Below, in pieces: positions 8,691 through 16,617 of a stretch of 32,000 nt of DNA. The translations under genes were made by a program, and so were the position numbers. The notes beneath the pieces are model-generated. The model worked only from the letters and a program-made list of their open reading frames with translations, was not told the DNA's origin and did not search any database. The stretch comes from Candidatus Saccharimonadota bacterium (GTDB lineage: Archaea; Nanohalarchaeota; Nanosalinia; Nanosalinales; Nanosalinaceae). The stretch covers positions 780,001 through 812,000 of the forward strand of contig CP012986.1 of assembly GCA_001761425.1 (NCBI GenBank), written 5' to 3'. How positions within the stretch are numbered: the first letter of the stretch is position 1; the number at the start of each line of letters is the position of its first letter.

Positions 8691-9953
8691 TTATTCGTCG
8701 AAGGCGTCTGGTGTTCCTCCTGCGTGCCAGCTTCTTCTGGGCCTCATCTGGATGGGGAATACTCTCTCCGAGTTGTCGTCCAGCATGAGTCCTGTTCCAG
8801 GCCTGTCAGGAAGCGCGTCGATGTAGTGGCCGATGTCATGTCTCATGTAGCTCTGCATGATTTCTCCCAGGGCCTGGATGTCTTCCTTCGCTGTCAATCT
8901 GTGGGAGAGGATTACATCGCACTGAGATAATGCGTTTGAGTTGAGTTTTGCCGGTTGCTGTGTACATAAGGCTAGTGAGACTCCTGGTTCTCTTCCGATC
9001 TTTACCCATCTTAGAAGAGGTTTGGTGGCTGGAGTCCTTCCGTTATTCGGTATAAACTGGTGGGCTTCGTCGATAAGCATCCAGACGATAGGCATCTCGT
9101 TTTCCGATATTCCCTGCATTTCGTCAAGTTCTTCCATCCTTCTGGCTGCCATTCTCTGCTGTAGTACTCTTTTCGCTAGAAGGCCTACTACCAGGCTTCT
9201 TACTGACCATCCTGAGCTCATCTCTCCGAAGACTGACATGTCGATGATCGAGATCTCTCCTCTTGTCATAAAATCGTCGATTGTGCTTTCCTCGCCAAAG
9301 ATTCCCCAGTCCTTCGCGTTCTGGAAACGGTTTTCCAGTGCTCTGCGTGTATCTTTGTCGAAATCAAACTTGTCGAGGGATTTGATCATCATGTTGAGTG
9401 TGTAGTCGTTTCCGAACTTGTCGTCCATTTTCGTGACTACTCTCTCCAGAAGGATACCGATCTTGGAGTTAAGCTCGAGGTTGAAGGCCATTGACCATTC
9501 AGTTGCGGAAAGCTCTGCCGGATTCAGTGTAAATGTTTTATCGTACGGCATGTCTTTTTGCTCGAAACTTTCCGTCTTGCCTTCGGGAATGAAGATATTG
9601 ATGTCGTATCCTTTCGGTTTTAGATCCCATTGCTCCAGCATCGTCGCCGCCCTGTCATTAGGCCTTTTCATGGACCAGTAGATGCCCATAGGATCGACCA
9701 AGATAGTAGAAAGGTTATCAGAGATATCTGCATCATGTATCTCCTCTGCTATAGTTCCGAGAGAGTAGCTTTTTCCTGTTCCTCTCTTGCCGAAAACTCC
9801 CATGACGTGAGGCGTGGCGATGTCAAAGTTTATCGGGTTTGCAGCGTGTGCTTCCTCGTTTTCACCGACCAGATGTCTGCCGATCTCGCCGGTTCCTTTC
9901 ATCCCGTACTTTTCTTCCAGATCCTCGCCTCTTCCGACACTGATCTTCGGCAT
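8691..9953 (-). CDS. HerA/FtsK-superfamily P-loop ATPase (DUF87/COG0433-like), short N-terminus
   Basis: Walker A GKRGTGKS at residues 55-62, Walker B VWMLIDEAHQF, then the conserved SLALCTQQP...ILSHRL region typical of HerA-like ATPases. Only ~50 aa precede the P-loop, so a full HAS barrel is unlikely. Confidence 0.7.
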   Translation of the reverse strand: MPKISVGRGEDLEEKYGMKGTGEIGRHLVGENEEAHAANPINFDIATPHVMGVFGKRGTGKSYSLGTIAEEIHDADISDNLSTILVDPMGIYWSMKRPNDRAATMLEQWDLKPKGYDINIFIPEGKTESFEQKDMPYDKTFTLNPAELSATEWSMAFNLELNSKIGILLERVVTKMDDKFGNDYTLNMMIKSLDKFDFDKDTRRALENRFQNAKDWGIFGEESTIDDFMTRGEISIIDMSVFGEMSSGWSVRSLVVGLLAKRVLQQRMAARRMEELDEMQGISENEMPIVWMLIDEAHQFIPNNGRTPATKPLLRWVKIGREPGVSLALCTQQPAKLNSNALSQCDVILSHRLTAKEDIQALGEIMQSYMRHDIGHYIDALPDRPGTGLMLDDNSERVFPIQMRPRRSWHAGGTPDAFDE

Positions 9954-9975
9954 AAAGATTCAAGTGCAAGGCCTG

Positions 9976-9986
9976 AATATAAAAAC
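9976..9986 (-). promoter_or_regulatory. TATA-like element upstream of the HerA-like ATPase gene
   Basis: The minus strand reads GTTTTTATATT, centred ~28 nt upstream of ATG 9953. Confidence 0.4.
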
Positions 9987-10004
9987 TGGTCAAAAAATGG
10001 GTCT

Positions 10005-10613
10005 TCACATAGTCAGGGCGATCATGACGATTGTGAGCCCTGTCATCAGCAGCCAGGAGAAACCGCTCCAGCGTAGAATGGTTGCTCCGTCAAGTGGGTC
10101 TGTAGGAATCTTTTCGTAATCGAAAGGCATCAGTTGGAATAATGTGAATGCTGCTATCGCCTGGGCCATCTGCGGTAGGGACAGGGCCATTGCTCCGGCC
10201 CATCCTGTCCAGAGGCCTATTATTCCGGCGGATGAAAGCCAGTACTGTCTTTTCATCCACATTGCGTCGATGCTTTTGCCCCATTGCTCGTATCTTTCGC
10301 CTGAAAAATCGCTGTAGATCGGGAACATAAGTAGAAGGGAGAAATCGCTGACAACTGAGAATACAGCTGCAGCCAGTGTCACAGTAGCTCCTTCCCTGGA
10401 GACCTTGAGATTGACGTAGGATTCCATCCAGTGAGCTACAGTCCTCTGACCTGCCTCCCTCAGAGTCATGACTGTGATACCTGCCAGCATGTAGAAAGCA
10501 AGATTTTCGAACGTGAAAACCCCTGTAAAAGCACTGAAGGCTACACCAGTAACTGCCGAACCTATCAAAAAGTTCTTTACATCAGAGGTATCGATCGCAG
10601 CTTCCTCGGCCAT
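10005..10613 (-). CDS. Site-2 protease (M50)-like membrane protein with degenerate metal site
   Basis: LREAGQRTVA aligns to the M50 consensus LHELGHALVA (Glu kept, both His lost). QLMP...PLDGATILR matches the C-terminal NLLPxxPLDGGRxLR motif. The track start at 10616 is TTG; ATG is at 10613. Confidence 0.5.
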   Translation of the reverse strand: MAEEAAIDTSDVKNFLIGSAVTGVAFSAFTGVFTFENLAFYMLAGITVMTLREAGQRTVAHWMESYVNLKVSREGATVTLAAAVFSVVSDFSLLLMFPIYSDFSGERYEQWGKSIDAMWMKRQYWLSSAGIIGLWTGWAGAMALSLPQMAQAIAAFTLFQLMPFDYEKIPTDPLDGATILRWSGFSWLLMTGLTIVMIALTM

Positions 10614-10650
10614 CAAATAAGAATTAAGGCCTCTGGTTTAAAGAACTATT

Positions 10651-11142
10651 TCAGGCCCCGGATTCGACGAACATTTCCATCATGTTTTCAGTCAGGTCAT
10701 AGTCCTCGGAATCACGGAAAATCTCCGGGAAATTTCTTATCTCATCCAAGTGAAGACCGGTCTCGCCTTCTTCATAGGCCTCACGCACTCTGGTCCAAGG
10801 CACCATGTAGGCCTTGCGCGCTTTCCCTCTTCCGCGTTTGAATTCGACTGCCAGGAAACCGTTTCTACCGCTTCTGTCGATAAAATCGCTGATACGTTCG
10901 ACCTGGTGGGCTCCGTTACTCTGAGAGAAGTGCTGTGAGAAGTAGAGCTTGTTGGTGGAGTCAGTTTTGACGGATTTGTTCTCGATCGCGATATAAAAGG
11001 TTTCATGCTTTGAATCAACCAGTACGTCGCATAGCTGGGAAGAAAATCTGTGCTGTTTCTTCCTGTGAGCGATTCCGTTGATCTCCTCATCTTCAAAGAA
11101 GTTGTTGAACGAGTTAACCAACGCACGCTCAAAGTCAGTCAT
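10651..11142 (-). CDS. hjc: Holliday junction resolvase Hjc-like PD-(D/E)XK nuclease
   Basis: The pieces are collinear with Pyrococcus Hjc as I recall it: FERALV (Glu), CDVLVD (Asp), YIAIENKS (E-x-K), then LYFS...ERISDFIDRSGRNGFLAVEFK (compare LYV...RLIEFSRRFGGIPVLAVKF). The track start at 11151 is TTG; ATG is at 11142 (MTDFERALV). Confidence 0.6.
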   Translation of the reverse strand: MTDFERALVNSFNNFFEDEEINGIAHRKKQHRFSSQLCDVLVDSKHETFYIAIENKSVKTDSTNKLYFSQHFSQSNGAHQVERISDFIDRSGRNGFLAVEFKRGRGKARKAYMVPWTRVREAYEEGETGLHLDEIRNFPEIFRDSEDYDLTENMMEMFVESGA

Positions 11143-11187
11143 AAGAAACAATATGCCGCTACATCAATAAAAAATAATCCCTCACCT

Positions 11188-11937
11188 CTAGAAACTGTTG
11201 AGGCCCTTCTGTTTAGGCCTGTCCAGTACTTTCCCTGATGTCAGGGCTAACGCGATTCTGCCGTTTCCTACAATCTGGCCTTTCACAGCCTCAAGTTCTC
11301 CCTCGAAAAGGCCTTTTCTTCGAAAATCTCCTTCAAGGTTCGGATAGATGGTTAAAGCGTTGACATCGACTATTTCTCCTTCCAGTTCTTTTTCTTCCAT
11401 GGTTTCCCGGAGTTTTTCCGGGCTTGAGGCCTGTGAGGTTTTCTTCTCTTTTCTTACTCTTTCTGTCAGGCCGTTGCTGGATATTCTGTCCTCGTTTTCC
11501 AGGGCGACTTTGGATGTGAGGCCTTCAAGTATCTCGGCTGCGTAGTCTGCTCCCTGTTCTACCCAGCGTTTTGGCACGTTCTTGCTTCTTGTTACTCCGA
11601 CCTTTACTTCTCCTGAGATCTGGGCGAGGTAGACGGAGAACTCGCCGTCTAGATCGTTTTGTGTGTCTCCTCTGACGTATCCGGAGTAGATGTCTTTTCC
11701 CCTGCATTCAGGGCACTGTGATCCTTTCTCCAGCTTTCGAAACCCTGGGCATTTCGCTCTTTCACCGGGAGCTGGTGCGTAACCTGTGCATCTTCTCTCA
11801 CCTGTTATCTCGAAAGAAAATTTTCTGCCTGGAGAAAGCTGCAGGTGTTCAAATCCTTCACGTGTCGCAAGCAAGAGTGAGGCCTTCCATCCTTTCTTTT
11901 TTTCTTCCCACTGAGTTTTTACTATGGATTTCTTCAT
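11188..11937 (-). CDS. Zn-ribbon protein, tentatively DUF2797-like
   Basis: 249-aa ORF with a Cys cluster (RRCTG...KCPGF...QCPECRG), followed by VYLAQISGEVKVGVTRSKNVPKRWVEQGADYA. The family assignment is from memory only. Its ATG overlaps the traB-like stop (ATGA). Confidence 0.5.
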   Translation of the reverse strand: MKKSIVKTQWEEKKKGWKASLLLATREGFEHLQLSPGRKFSFEITGERRCTGYAPAPGERAKCPGFRKLEKGSQCPECRGKDIYSGYVRGDTQNDLDGEFSVYLAQISGEVKVGVTRSKNVPKRWVEQGADYAAEILEGLTSKVALENEDRISSNGLTERVRKEKKTSQASSPEKLRETMEEKELEGEIVDVNALTIYPNLEGDFRRKGLFEGELEAVKGQIVGNGRIALALTSGKVLDRPKQKGLNSF

Positions 11938-12542
11938 TCGACCTCACATTTGAGCTCTTTCTTGTGCGCTGCCCCGACGAAAACTGCTATGTCATCATCA
12001 GGGTTTTTTTCCCTGTACTCTTTCAAGGCCTCGGTCATATGAATGTTTCTGTCATCCACTAAGGCCTTGTAGATTCCTGGAAAACTTTCTCTGAACTTCT
12101 GGAGCATGTAGGCCACTTTTTTATCCTCCGGGATCTTGGAGACGTCAAAACTTTCTCCCGGTAGAACGAAGCTGGCCATGAGGCCTGCGACCGCTTTTAC
12201 TCTTTCTTTCCTTCTCGTGTTCATCAGGTTCTGGACTGTCATCCTGATGTCCTGATCTATCAGTATGACATCCGCGCCCTCGTACCTTGCTTTTTCGTAG
12301 GCGTAAAGCATCTCTGTCCCGGGCATGACTCCGGTCTTTTTCCCGATGTAGGCCTGGAACTTCTGTATAATCTTCATGAATATTGGGCCTTGAGAATCAG
12401 TCTGTCCCTGCTGAATCATGGCTTCAAGCCTGACAGGATCAAGCTCCAGAGCGACTACATCAGGATCTAGCTCCTTGAAGGCCTCATCGATTACATCAAA
12501 ACTTTCTCTTGAAACATGCGAAGTCCCATATACCTTGATCAT
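11934..12542 (-). CDS. TraB/PrgY (GumN) family protein
   Basis: The N-terminal IKVYGTSHVSRES...VVALELD signature (GTxHVS) is typical of the TraB family. The track start at 12548 is TTG; ATG is at 12542. Confidence 0.7.
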   Translation of the reverse strand: MIKVYGTSHVSRESFDVIDEAFKELDPDVVALELDPVRLEAMIQQGQTDSQGPIFMKIIQKFQAYIGKKTGVMPGTEMLYAYEKARYEGADVILIDQDIRMTVQNLMNTRRKERVKAVAGLMASFVLPGESFDVSKIPEDKKVAYMLQKFRESFPGIYKALVDDRNIHMTEALKEYREKNPDDDIAVFVGAAHKKELKCEVE

Positions 12543-12601
12543 CGGCAATACAGAATTTGTGATGGAATCGTTAAAAGAAAACCGATGGAGAGATGTAAAA
12601 A

Positions 12602-12870
12602 CCAGCGGGTTCCCGTGGCTGGACGACTTTCAACGGCGGCGAATCCACGGACAGTCTCAGGTCCGCCACCCCCCGAACATGCAACCGACTGCTTAGTGCT
12701 GCTCCCGTCAAGGCCTGACACAGTTCACAACCTGCTGCATCCCGGAGGACGGACCATCAACAACTGAACCGAGGGGCCTAACCACTGGAAGACCGCCTCG
12801 CCACGGTTTTCGGCTCACTGCATATAGAGGATTTCAGGTTACAGGCAACCCCGAATCGCCCAGCCTACCC
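12602..12870 (-). ncRNA. Signal recognition particle RNA (archaeal 7S/SRP RNA), ends approximate
   Basis: Read on the minus strand. The 5' GGCUGGGCG pairs perfectly with the 3' CGUCCAGCC. The Alu-domain motif GCCUGUAAC lies near the 5' end. GUCAGGCCUUGACGGGAGCAGCACUAAGCAG aligns closely to E. coli 4.5S domain IV (GUCAGGUCCGGAAGGAAGCAGCCAAGGCAG). The region is GC-richer than its flanks. A T5 run follows the 3' end (12597-12601). Only junk ORFs overlap it. Confidence 0.8.
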
Positions 12871-12894
12871 ATAACAAAGGCCTTGAATTGGAAA

Positions 12895-12904
12895 GGTTAA
12901 AAAC
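12895..12904 (-). promoter_or_regulatory. TATA-like element upstream of SRP RNA
   Basis: The minus strand reads GTTTTTAACC, centred ~30 nt upstream of the inferred SRP RNA 5' end. Confidence 0.35.
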
Positions 12905-12967
12905 AGGAGGGGAAAATATTAGAGACCTGAAGGATCCACCTGATCCTGCCGAAAGGATGCAACAATT

Positions 12968-13357
12968 CTATACTGGCAGTCTCTGTCTTATTTCTGATAG
13001 TACGTTTTCTGGTATGAGGCCTATGGTGGTGATGGCGAAGATTACTGTCAGGAGCAGTGGTTTGAAGTTGATGAATGATTTGAGTTCTGAGCCGATGAAT
13101 AGGCTTCCGGTGTAGAGTGAGAAGGTTCCTGATACGAAGAAGGCAAGTAGTGTTACTATGAGGCCTTGTACTCGTTCTCTGTCGAGTATGAGGTAGTATG
13201 TAAGTGCTGAGGCGAGGAATGACAGGTAGAATACCTGGTTGCCTTTGAGGCCTGTAGAGCCTAGTAGTAGTGTGAAGACGAGTATTATTACTGTTAGGAA
13301 TCCTTTTTTCTTCAGTTTTTCGTTATCTTTGATCCAGATGTCTTCCATCATTTTCAT
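12968..13357 (-). CDS. Hypothetical small membrane protein (about 4 TM segments)
   Basis: 129-aa ORF with an ATG start, hydrophobic throughout, no recognisable motif. Confidence 0.5.
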   Translation of the reverse strand: MKMMEDIWIKDNEKLKKKGFLTVIILVFTLLLGSTGLKGNQVFYLSFLASALTYYLILDRERVQGLIVTLLAFFVSGTFSLYTGSLFIGSELKSFINFKPLLLTVIFAITTIGLIPENVLSEIRQRLPV

Positions 13358-13409
13358 CAGAAAGGGTCTTGTGTTTATTGTTCTTGTCGCCGTGGTTTAA
13401 GGCCTTTCC

Positions 13410-14216
13410 CTAGAGTTCGAATTCCATGCCTTGTTCTGCGACTCCGAATCCTCTTTCCTGTATTTCCTGTCTTTCATCTGTGTCTTTTCTCAGGGCTGGA
13501 TTGGTGTGGTTGATGTGTGTAAAGTAGATATCTGTGTCCCAGCCTTCTGCCAGGTGCATGGTCTCTTTCATGACAGGATGAGGTACTTCCTCGTATCTTT
13601 CGATCTCTTCCTCACTCCAGAATGTTCCATCGACTATCGCGATGTCGGCTTGCTGCATCAGGTTCAGGGTTTTCTCCGTCCATTCGTGGATGTCAGCGAT
13701 GTAGAAAAGCTTTTTTTCCTCGCCGTGAATCATGAAGCTCAAAGTATCAGTGTTCACACGGTTGTGCCTGGCTTCAAAGGCCTCTATCCTACCTCCCTGG
13801 ATATCAACTTCGTCCTCATCGTTGAAACTCATTATCTCAACGTTACCTTTATCGACGAGAAGCCTGAAAGGATCGTTCTTCCTGATATAATCCTCTGTCT
13901 TATCGGAAACATAGAGCGGGAGATCTGTCTTGTTCGCTCCCTCCTCTCCGAACTGAAGAAGGCCTGTTATATGCCCCAGATGCCCGTGACTGATGAAAAC
14001 ACCGTCCAGGTAATCTGCTTTCACCTGGTAACGGACGTCAGGAGTCGCATCAACAAGATACCTGAAGCTGTCCTCCTCCTCACTATCTTTCAACAGGATA
14101 GACGCGTTCCTCTTCGCCTCCTCAGGGTTTTCACGCGCCGCCTCACAGACATCACAGCCACACTCAAGATGCGGAACACCACCGTCCTGAGTACTGCCAA
14201 GCACTTCTATCTTCAT
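13410..14216 (-). CDS. MBL-fold metallo-hydrolase, PqqB-like
   Basis: The N-terminus KIEVLGSTQDGGVPHLECGCDVCEAAR resembles the PqqB N-terminus (LGSAAGGGFPQWNCNC). It has the metallo-beta-lactamase His motif ISHGHLGHITG and later His/Asp residues (FTHINH). Confidence 0.75.
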   Translation of the reverse strand: MKIEVLGSTQDGGVPHLECGCDVCEAARENPEEAKRNASILLKDSEEEDSFRYLVDATPDVRYQVKADYLDGVFISHGHLGHITGLLQFGEEGANKTDLPLYVSDKTEDYIRKNDPFRLLVDKGNVEIMSFNDEDEVDIQGGRIEAFEARHNRVNTDTLSFMIHGEEKKLFYIADIHEWTEKTLNLMQQADIAIVDGTFWSEEEIERYEEVPHPVMKETMHLAEGWDTDIYFTHINHTNPALRKDTDERQEIQERGFGVAEQGMEFEL

Positions 14217-14400
14217 AATTTTAGAATCCCCTTATACCCTCACGATTAAACCCCGAATATTAAAAAGGCGAAACAGTCCCCAAGGCCTTGATTTAAAACT
14301 TCTAACCCCTAACTCGAAAAACACATAACATATGTTAAAGGCCTTTAAACCGGTCAGGCAAAAACACCTCAACTACCGGAAAAAGCCCAGTTTTTCCAAT

Positions 14401-14525
14401 GCCGGGTTGGCAGAGGAGTCATGCAGCGGCCTGCAAGGCCTCAAGTCCCTCTGGGACGAGGATTGAGAAGCGTTCAGCTTCAAGTGAGATAGCCGCCTAC
14501 CTGGGTGCAAATCCCAGACCCGGCT
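14401..14525 (+). tRNA. tRNA-Cys (GCA) with ~54-nt intron in the anticodon loop
   Basis: Acceptor stem GCCGGGU/ACCCGGC with discriminator U73, the Cys identity element. T arm CUGGG-UGCAAAU-CCCAG. Anticodon stem GCGGC (14426-14430) / GCCGC (14492-14496). Loop CU-GCA-A followed by an intron at about 14437-14490; the junction is ambiguous by 1 nt. CCA is not encoded. The T run at 14525-14529 overlaps the discriminator and may act as a terminator. Confidence 0.85.
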
Positions 14526-14571
14526 TTTTCCCATTCCAATTCTCACGGACAATAAAGTAATTCAGAGGGAA

Positions 14572-14617
14572 AGGCCTCAGCGTGCTTGATGTTGGAAATT
14601 CCAACGTTTTGAGGCCT
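14572..14617. repeat. Inverted-repeat hairpin between tRNA-Cys and the convergent gene (possible bidirectional terminator or small RNA)
   Basis: AGGCCTCA (14572-14579) and TGAGGCCT (14610-14617) enclose the palindrome GTTGGAAATTCCAAC (14591-14605). An outer 8-bp pair is CCCATTCC (14530-14537) / GGAATGGG (14629-14636). Confidence 0.4.
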
Positions 14618-14637
14618 TGATAAGTTCTGGAATGGGG

Positions 14638-15435
14638 TTAGTTTTCTTCTATGATTATTGGGTATTCGCTGCCGTCGTTTTCTATCGTGTAGTTGTCCAG
14701 TGAGTCGTTTGGTGCTCTTTTGACTGCTTTCTTGAAGTTTCTCTTGATGTGGCCTCCTCTGGCGCTTCCTATATGTGTGTTTTCTTTTATGATTGCTCTT
14801 CCGTCTTGATCTATCCTGCTGGTGACGGCGTTGTAGTAAGGCCTCAGTTTCTCGAACTTGGAGTCTTTGGTCTCTATATCTTCTTCAGTTGTTTTTTCCT
14901 TCCAGAGCTGTTCTCTGGTCTCATGGTAGAGCTTATCCATAAGTTCTGCTCTCTTCTCCAGGTCTGAACTGCCCCAGTAACTTGGCTCCATTTCTCCGCC
15001 GACTTCGATTGCTCTGACATCTTCATCGTTCTTGTCATACCTGAAGACGTAGGTATTTCTCCCAACCTCCTGCGTGAACGTCGTAGAGCCTTCAAATGAG
15101 CTTCTTATATCGTACCGGGATTCTTTGCCGTCAGAATCGATAAGAACGGTCTCTCCCGTAACAGAGTTCATCCTAACCTCCTGTATATCGATCTCAAGGC
15201 CTTCAACTTCTATCTTTTCCAGATTTTCGTCTTCATACCAGTCTGTCCCTGTCTCCTGTAGCCTGTAGGTCGAGCCATGGCTCTCAGAACTTTCTCTACG
15301 GTCCTTGGAATAGACCAGGTCAAAACCTTCAACTTCGTCAATTTCCTCTCCTTCAAGCCGGTCCGCAAGCTCCTCTAATTCAAGGCCTCCCTCAAGTTCC
15401 TGTCTGGAGCGTTCTGGGCTGAGAAGATTAGTCAT
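14638..15435 (-). CDS. Hypothetical acidic protein (no recognisable family)
   Basis: 265-aa ORF with an ATG start and no better competing frame. Its composition matches neighbouring genes. Confidence 0.55.
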   Translation of the reverse strand: MTNLLSPERSRQELEGGLELEELADRLEGEEIDEVEGFDLVYSKDRRESSESHGSTYRLQETGTDWYEDENLEKIEVEGLEIDIQEVRMNSVTGETVLIDSDGKESRYDIRSSFEGSTTFTQEVGRNTYVFRYDKNDEDVRAIEVGGEMEPSYWGSSDLEKRAELMDKLYHETREQLWKEKTTEEDIETKDSKFEKLRPYYNAVTSRIDQDGRAIIKENTHIGSARGGHIKRNFKKAVKRAPNDSLDNYTIENDGSEYPIIIEEN

Positions 15436-15513
15436 ATAACAGCGAAAGCCCCGTAAAAGAAAACTGAAGAATCCTCCACTGGTTTTGCCATCGATTACAA
15501 TTTTGTGAACTCA

Positions 15514-15523
15514 TTTATAAAAA
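15514..15523 (+). promoter_or_regulatory. TATA box upstream of the 15545 gene
   Basis: TTTATAAAAA is centred ~27 nt upstream of ATG 15545, which fits a leaderless transcript. Confidence 0.45.
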
Positions 15524-15544
15524 CTTCAGGCCGAAAAGTGCTTT

Positions 15545-15982
15545 ATGCCGGACGATGGTTCCGGAGATACACCTTTCGACAGGATTTTCGATTCTTACAG
15601 AGTTACAGGCCTCGAAGACAGCTACAGAATGGAGGCCTCCGATCTGAACAGCCAGTTCAACCTTATCGATGATTACCTTTCAAAAGGAGGAAAAACCCGT
15701 GTAGAACTGGCGGAGACAGGCTTCCAGAACTATCACCGGAAAGGATATCTTTCAGAAAGCGATGAAGTAATCGTATACGCAGAAGTTGATACAGAACCCA
15801 GGAGAGTTTCACTAAACGAACTGACAGACGTTGTACTGGGTAAAAGACATAGATCCGAGAGTAAAAGGCCTCCTGCCGTACCTGTAGAGTTCACTGACGT
15901 ACAGGAGCCTTACAGCAACTTCGATCTGTTTATGCCTTCCCATGAGGCCTTTGAGATGGAGCTGAGAAGGTCGATCGACTGA
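15545..15982 (+). CDS. Hypothetical protein (no recognisable family)
   Basis: 145-aa ORF with an ATG start and a well-placed TATA box. Confidence 0.55.
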   Translation: MPDDGSGDTPFDRIFDSYRVTGLEDSYRMEASDLNSQFNLIDDYLSKGGKTRVELAETGFQNYHRKGYLSESDEVIVYAEVDTEPRRVSLNELTDVVLGKRHRSESKRPPAVPVEFTDVQEPYSNFDLFMPSHEAFEMELRRSID

Positions 15983-16133
15983 AGGTTTTTCAACTCAGTT
16001 AATCTTTCTGAAGACAAAAAAGTTTGAGCAGGTCAGTTCTGAGGAATCCAGGTTCGATTTTTGGAAAGGCATGGAAGAGGATTTGAATGTCGATGTCGTC
16101 AATTAGAAAAAGACTGATGTAGAAAATGTTTCC

Positions 16134-16610
16134 ATGGGAGAATCTTCTGAAGACAGGGAAAGTTCGAAACAAAAAAGTTTTCGTACGGTTGTAAAGGCCT
16201 TGATCACTGATAGAGGTGAAATCTTGATCGGTAAAAAAGAACAGGAAAAAGGCCATCCGATCTCAGGGGAATGGCATATCCTCGGAGGCCACCTGGAACA
16301 CGGAGAAAAGATAGAGGAAGCGGTGAAACGGGAAGTAAAGGAGGAGACAGGCCTTGTAGTGGATGTTCACCAGGCCGTGGATATAATGAGTTTTTCCTGG
16401 GAAGAAGGCGAAAAAGATTCTTTACAGATTGTTTTCCACTGCGTGGCAGATTCACATGATCCAGAGGCCCTGGATGATCTTGAAGAGGTGAAATGGGTGA
16501 AACCTGATGAGATCACAGAGTACGTCCACAGCGAGGAAGCTGAGAGACTCGAACAGCGGGAGGATCAGGCCCAGTTCCTGGAAAAAATGCAGAAAATGCC
16601 CTCCGCATAA
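16134..16610 (+). CDS. NUDIX hydrolase
   Basis: Nudix box GGHLEHGEKIEEAVKREVKEETGL (Gx5Ex7REUxEExGU). Confidence 0.85.
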   Translation: MGESSEDRESSKQKSFRTVVKALITDRGEILIGKKEQEKGHPISGEWHILGGHLEHGEKIEEAVKREVKEETGLVVDVHQAVDIMSFSWEEGEKDSLQIVFHCVADSHDPEALDDLEEVKWVKPDEITEYVHSEEAERLEQREDQAQFLEKMQKMPSA

Positions 16611-16617
16611 TTAAAAA

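Noticed and set aside
8121-11132. Alternative-frame ORFs 8121..8456-, 8358..8606+, 8941..9405+, 9418..10119+, 10090..10284-, 10431..10841+ and 10737..11132-
   Set aside because: Each lies within or antisense to a longer ORF that has recognisable motifs or a TM pattern. None has supporting motifs or promoter context.
12418-12767. ORFs 12418..12696+, 12516..12767+ and 12539..12721-
   Set aside because: They overlap the GC-rich structured region identified as SRP RNA. Their products are P/G/R-rich with no coding signature.
12602-12870. RNase P RNA, suggested by a GAAAGUC-like string (GUUGAAAGUCGUCC on the minus strand)
   Set aside because: The string lies near the 3' end rather than the 5' end. 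The region instead shows the SRP Alu-domain UGUAAC motif, a terminal helix and a domain IV sequence nearly collinear with 4.5S RNA.
13431-14249. 272-aa plus-strand ORF
   Set aside because: It is antisense to the MBL-fold/PqqB-like gene, which has clear HxHxxH-type motifs. The plus-strand product has no recognisable features.
14401-14525. Class II tRNA (Leu/Ser), considered because the gene is 125 nt long
   Set aside because: The extra length sits inside the anticodon loop as an intron. The variable region is only 4 nt, the anticodon is GCA and the discriminator is U, all matching tRNA-Cys.
15999-16256. 85-aa minus-strand ORF overlapping the start of the first NUDIX gene
   Set aside because: Its product is F/L-rich and low complexity, and it is antisense to a gene with a perfect Nudix box.
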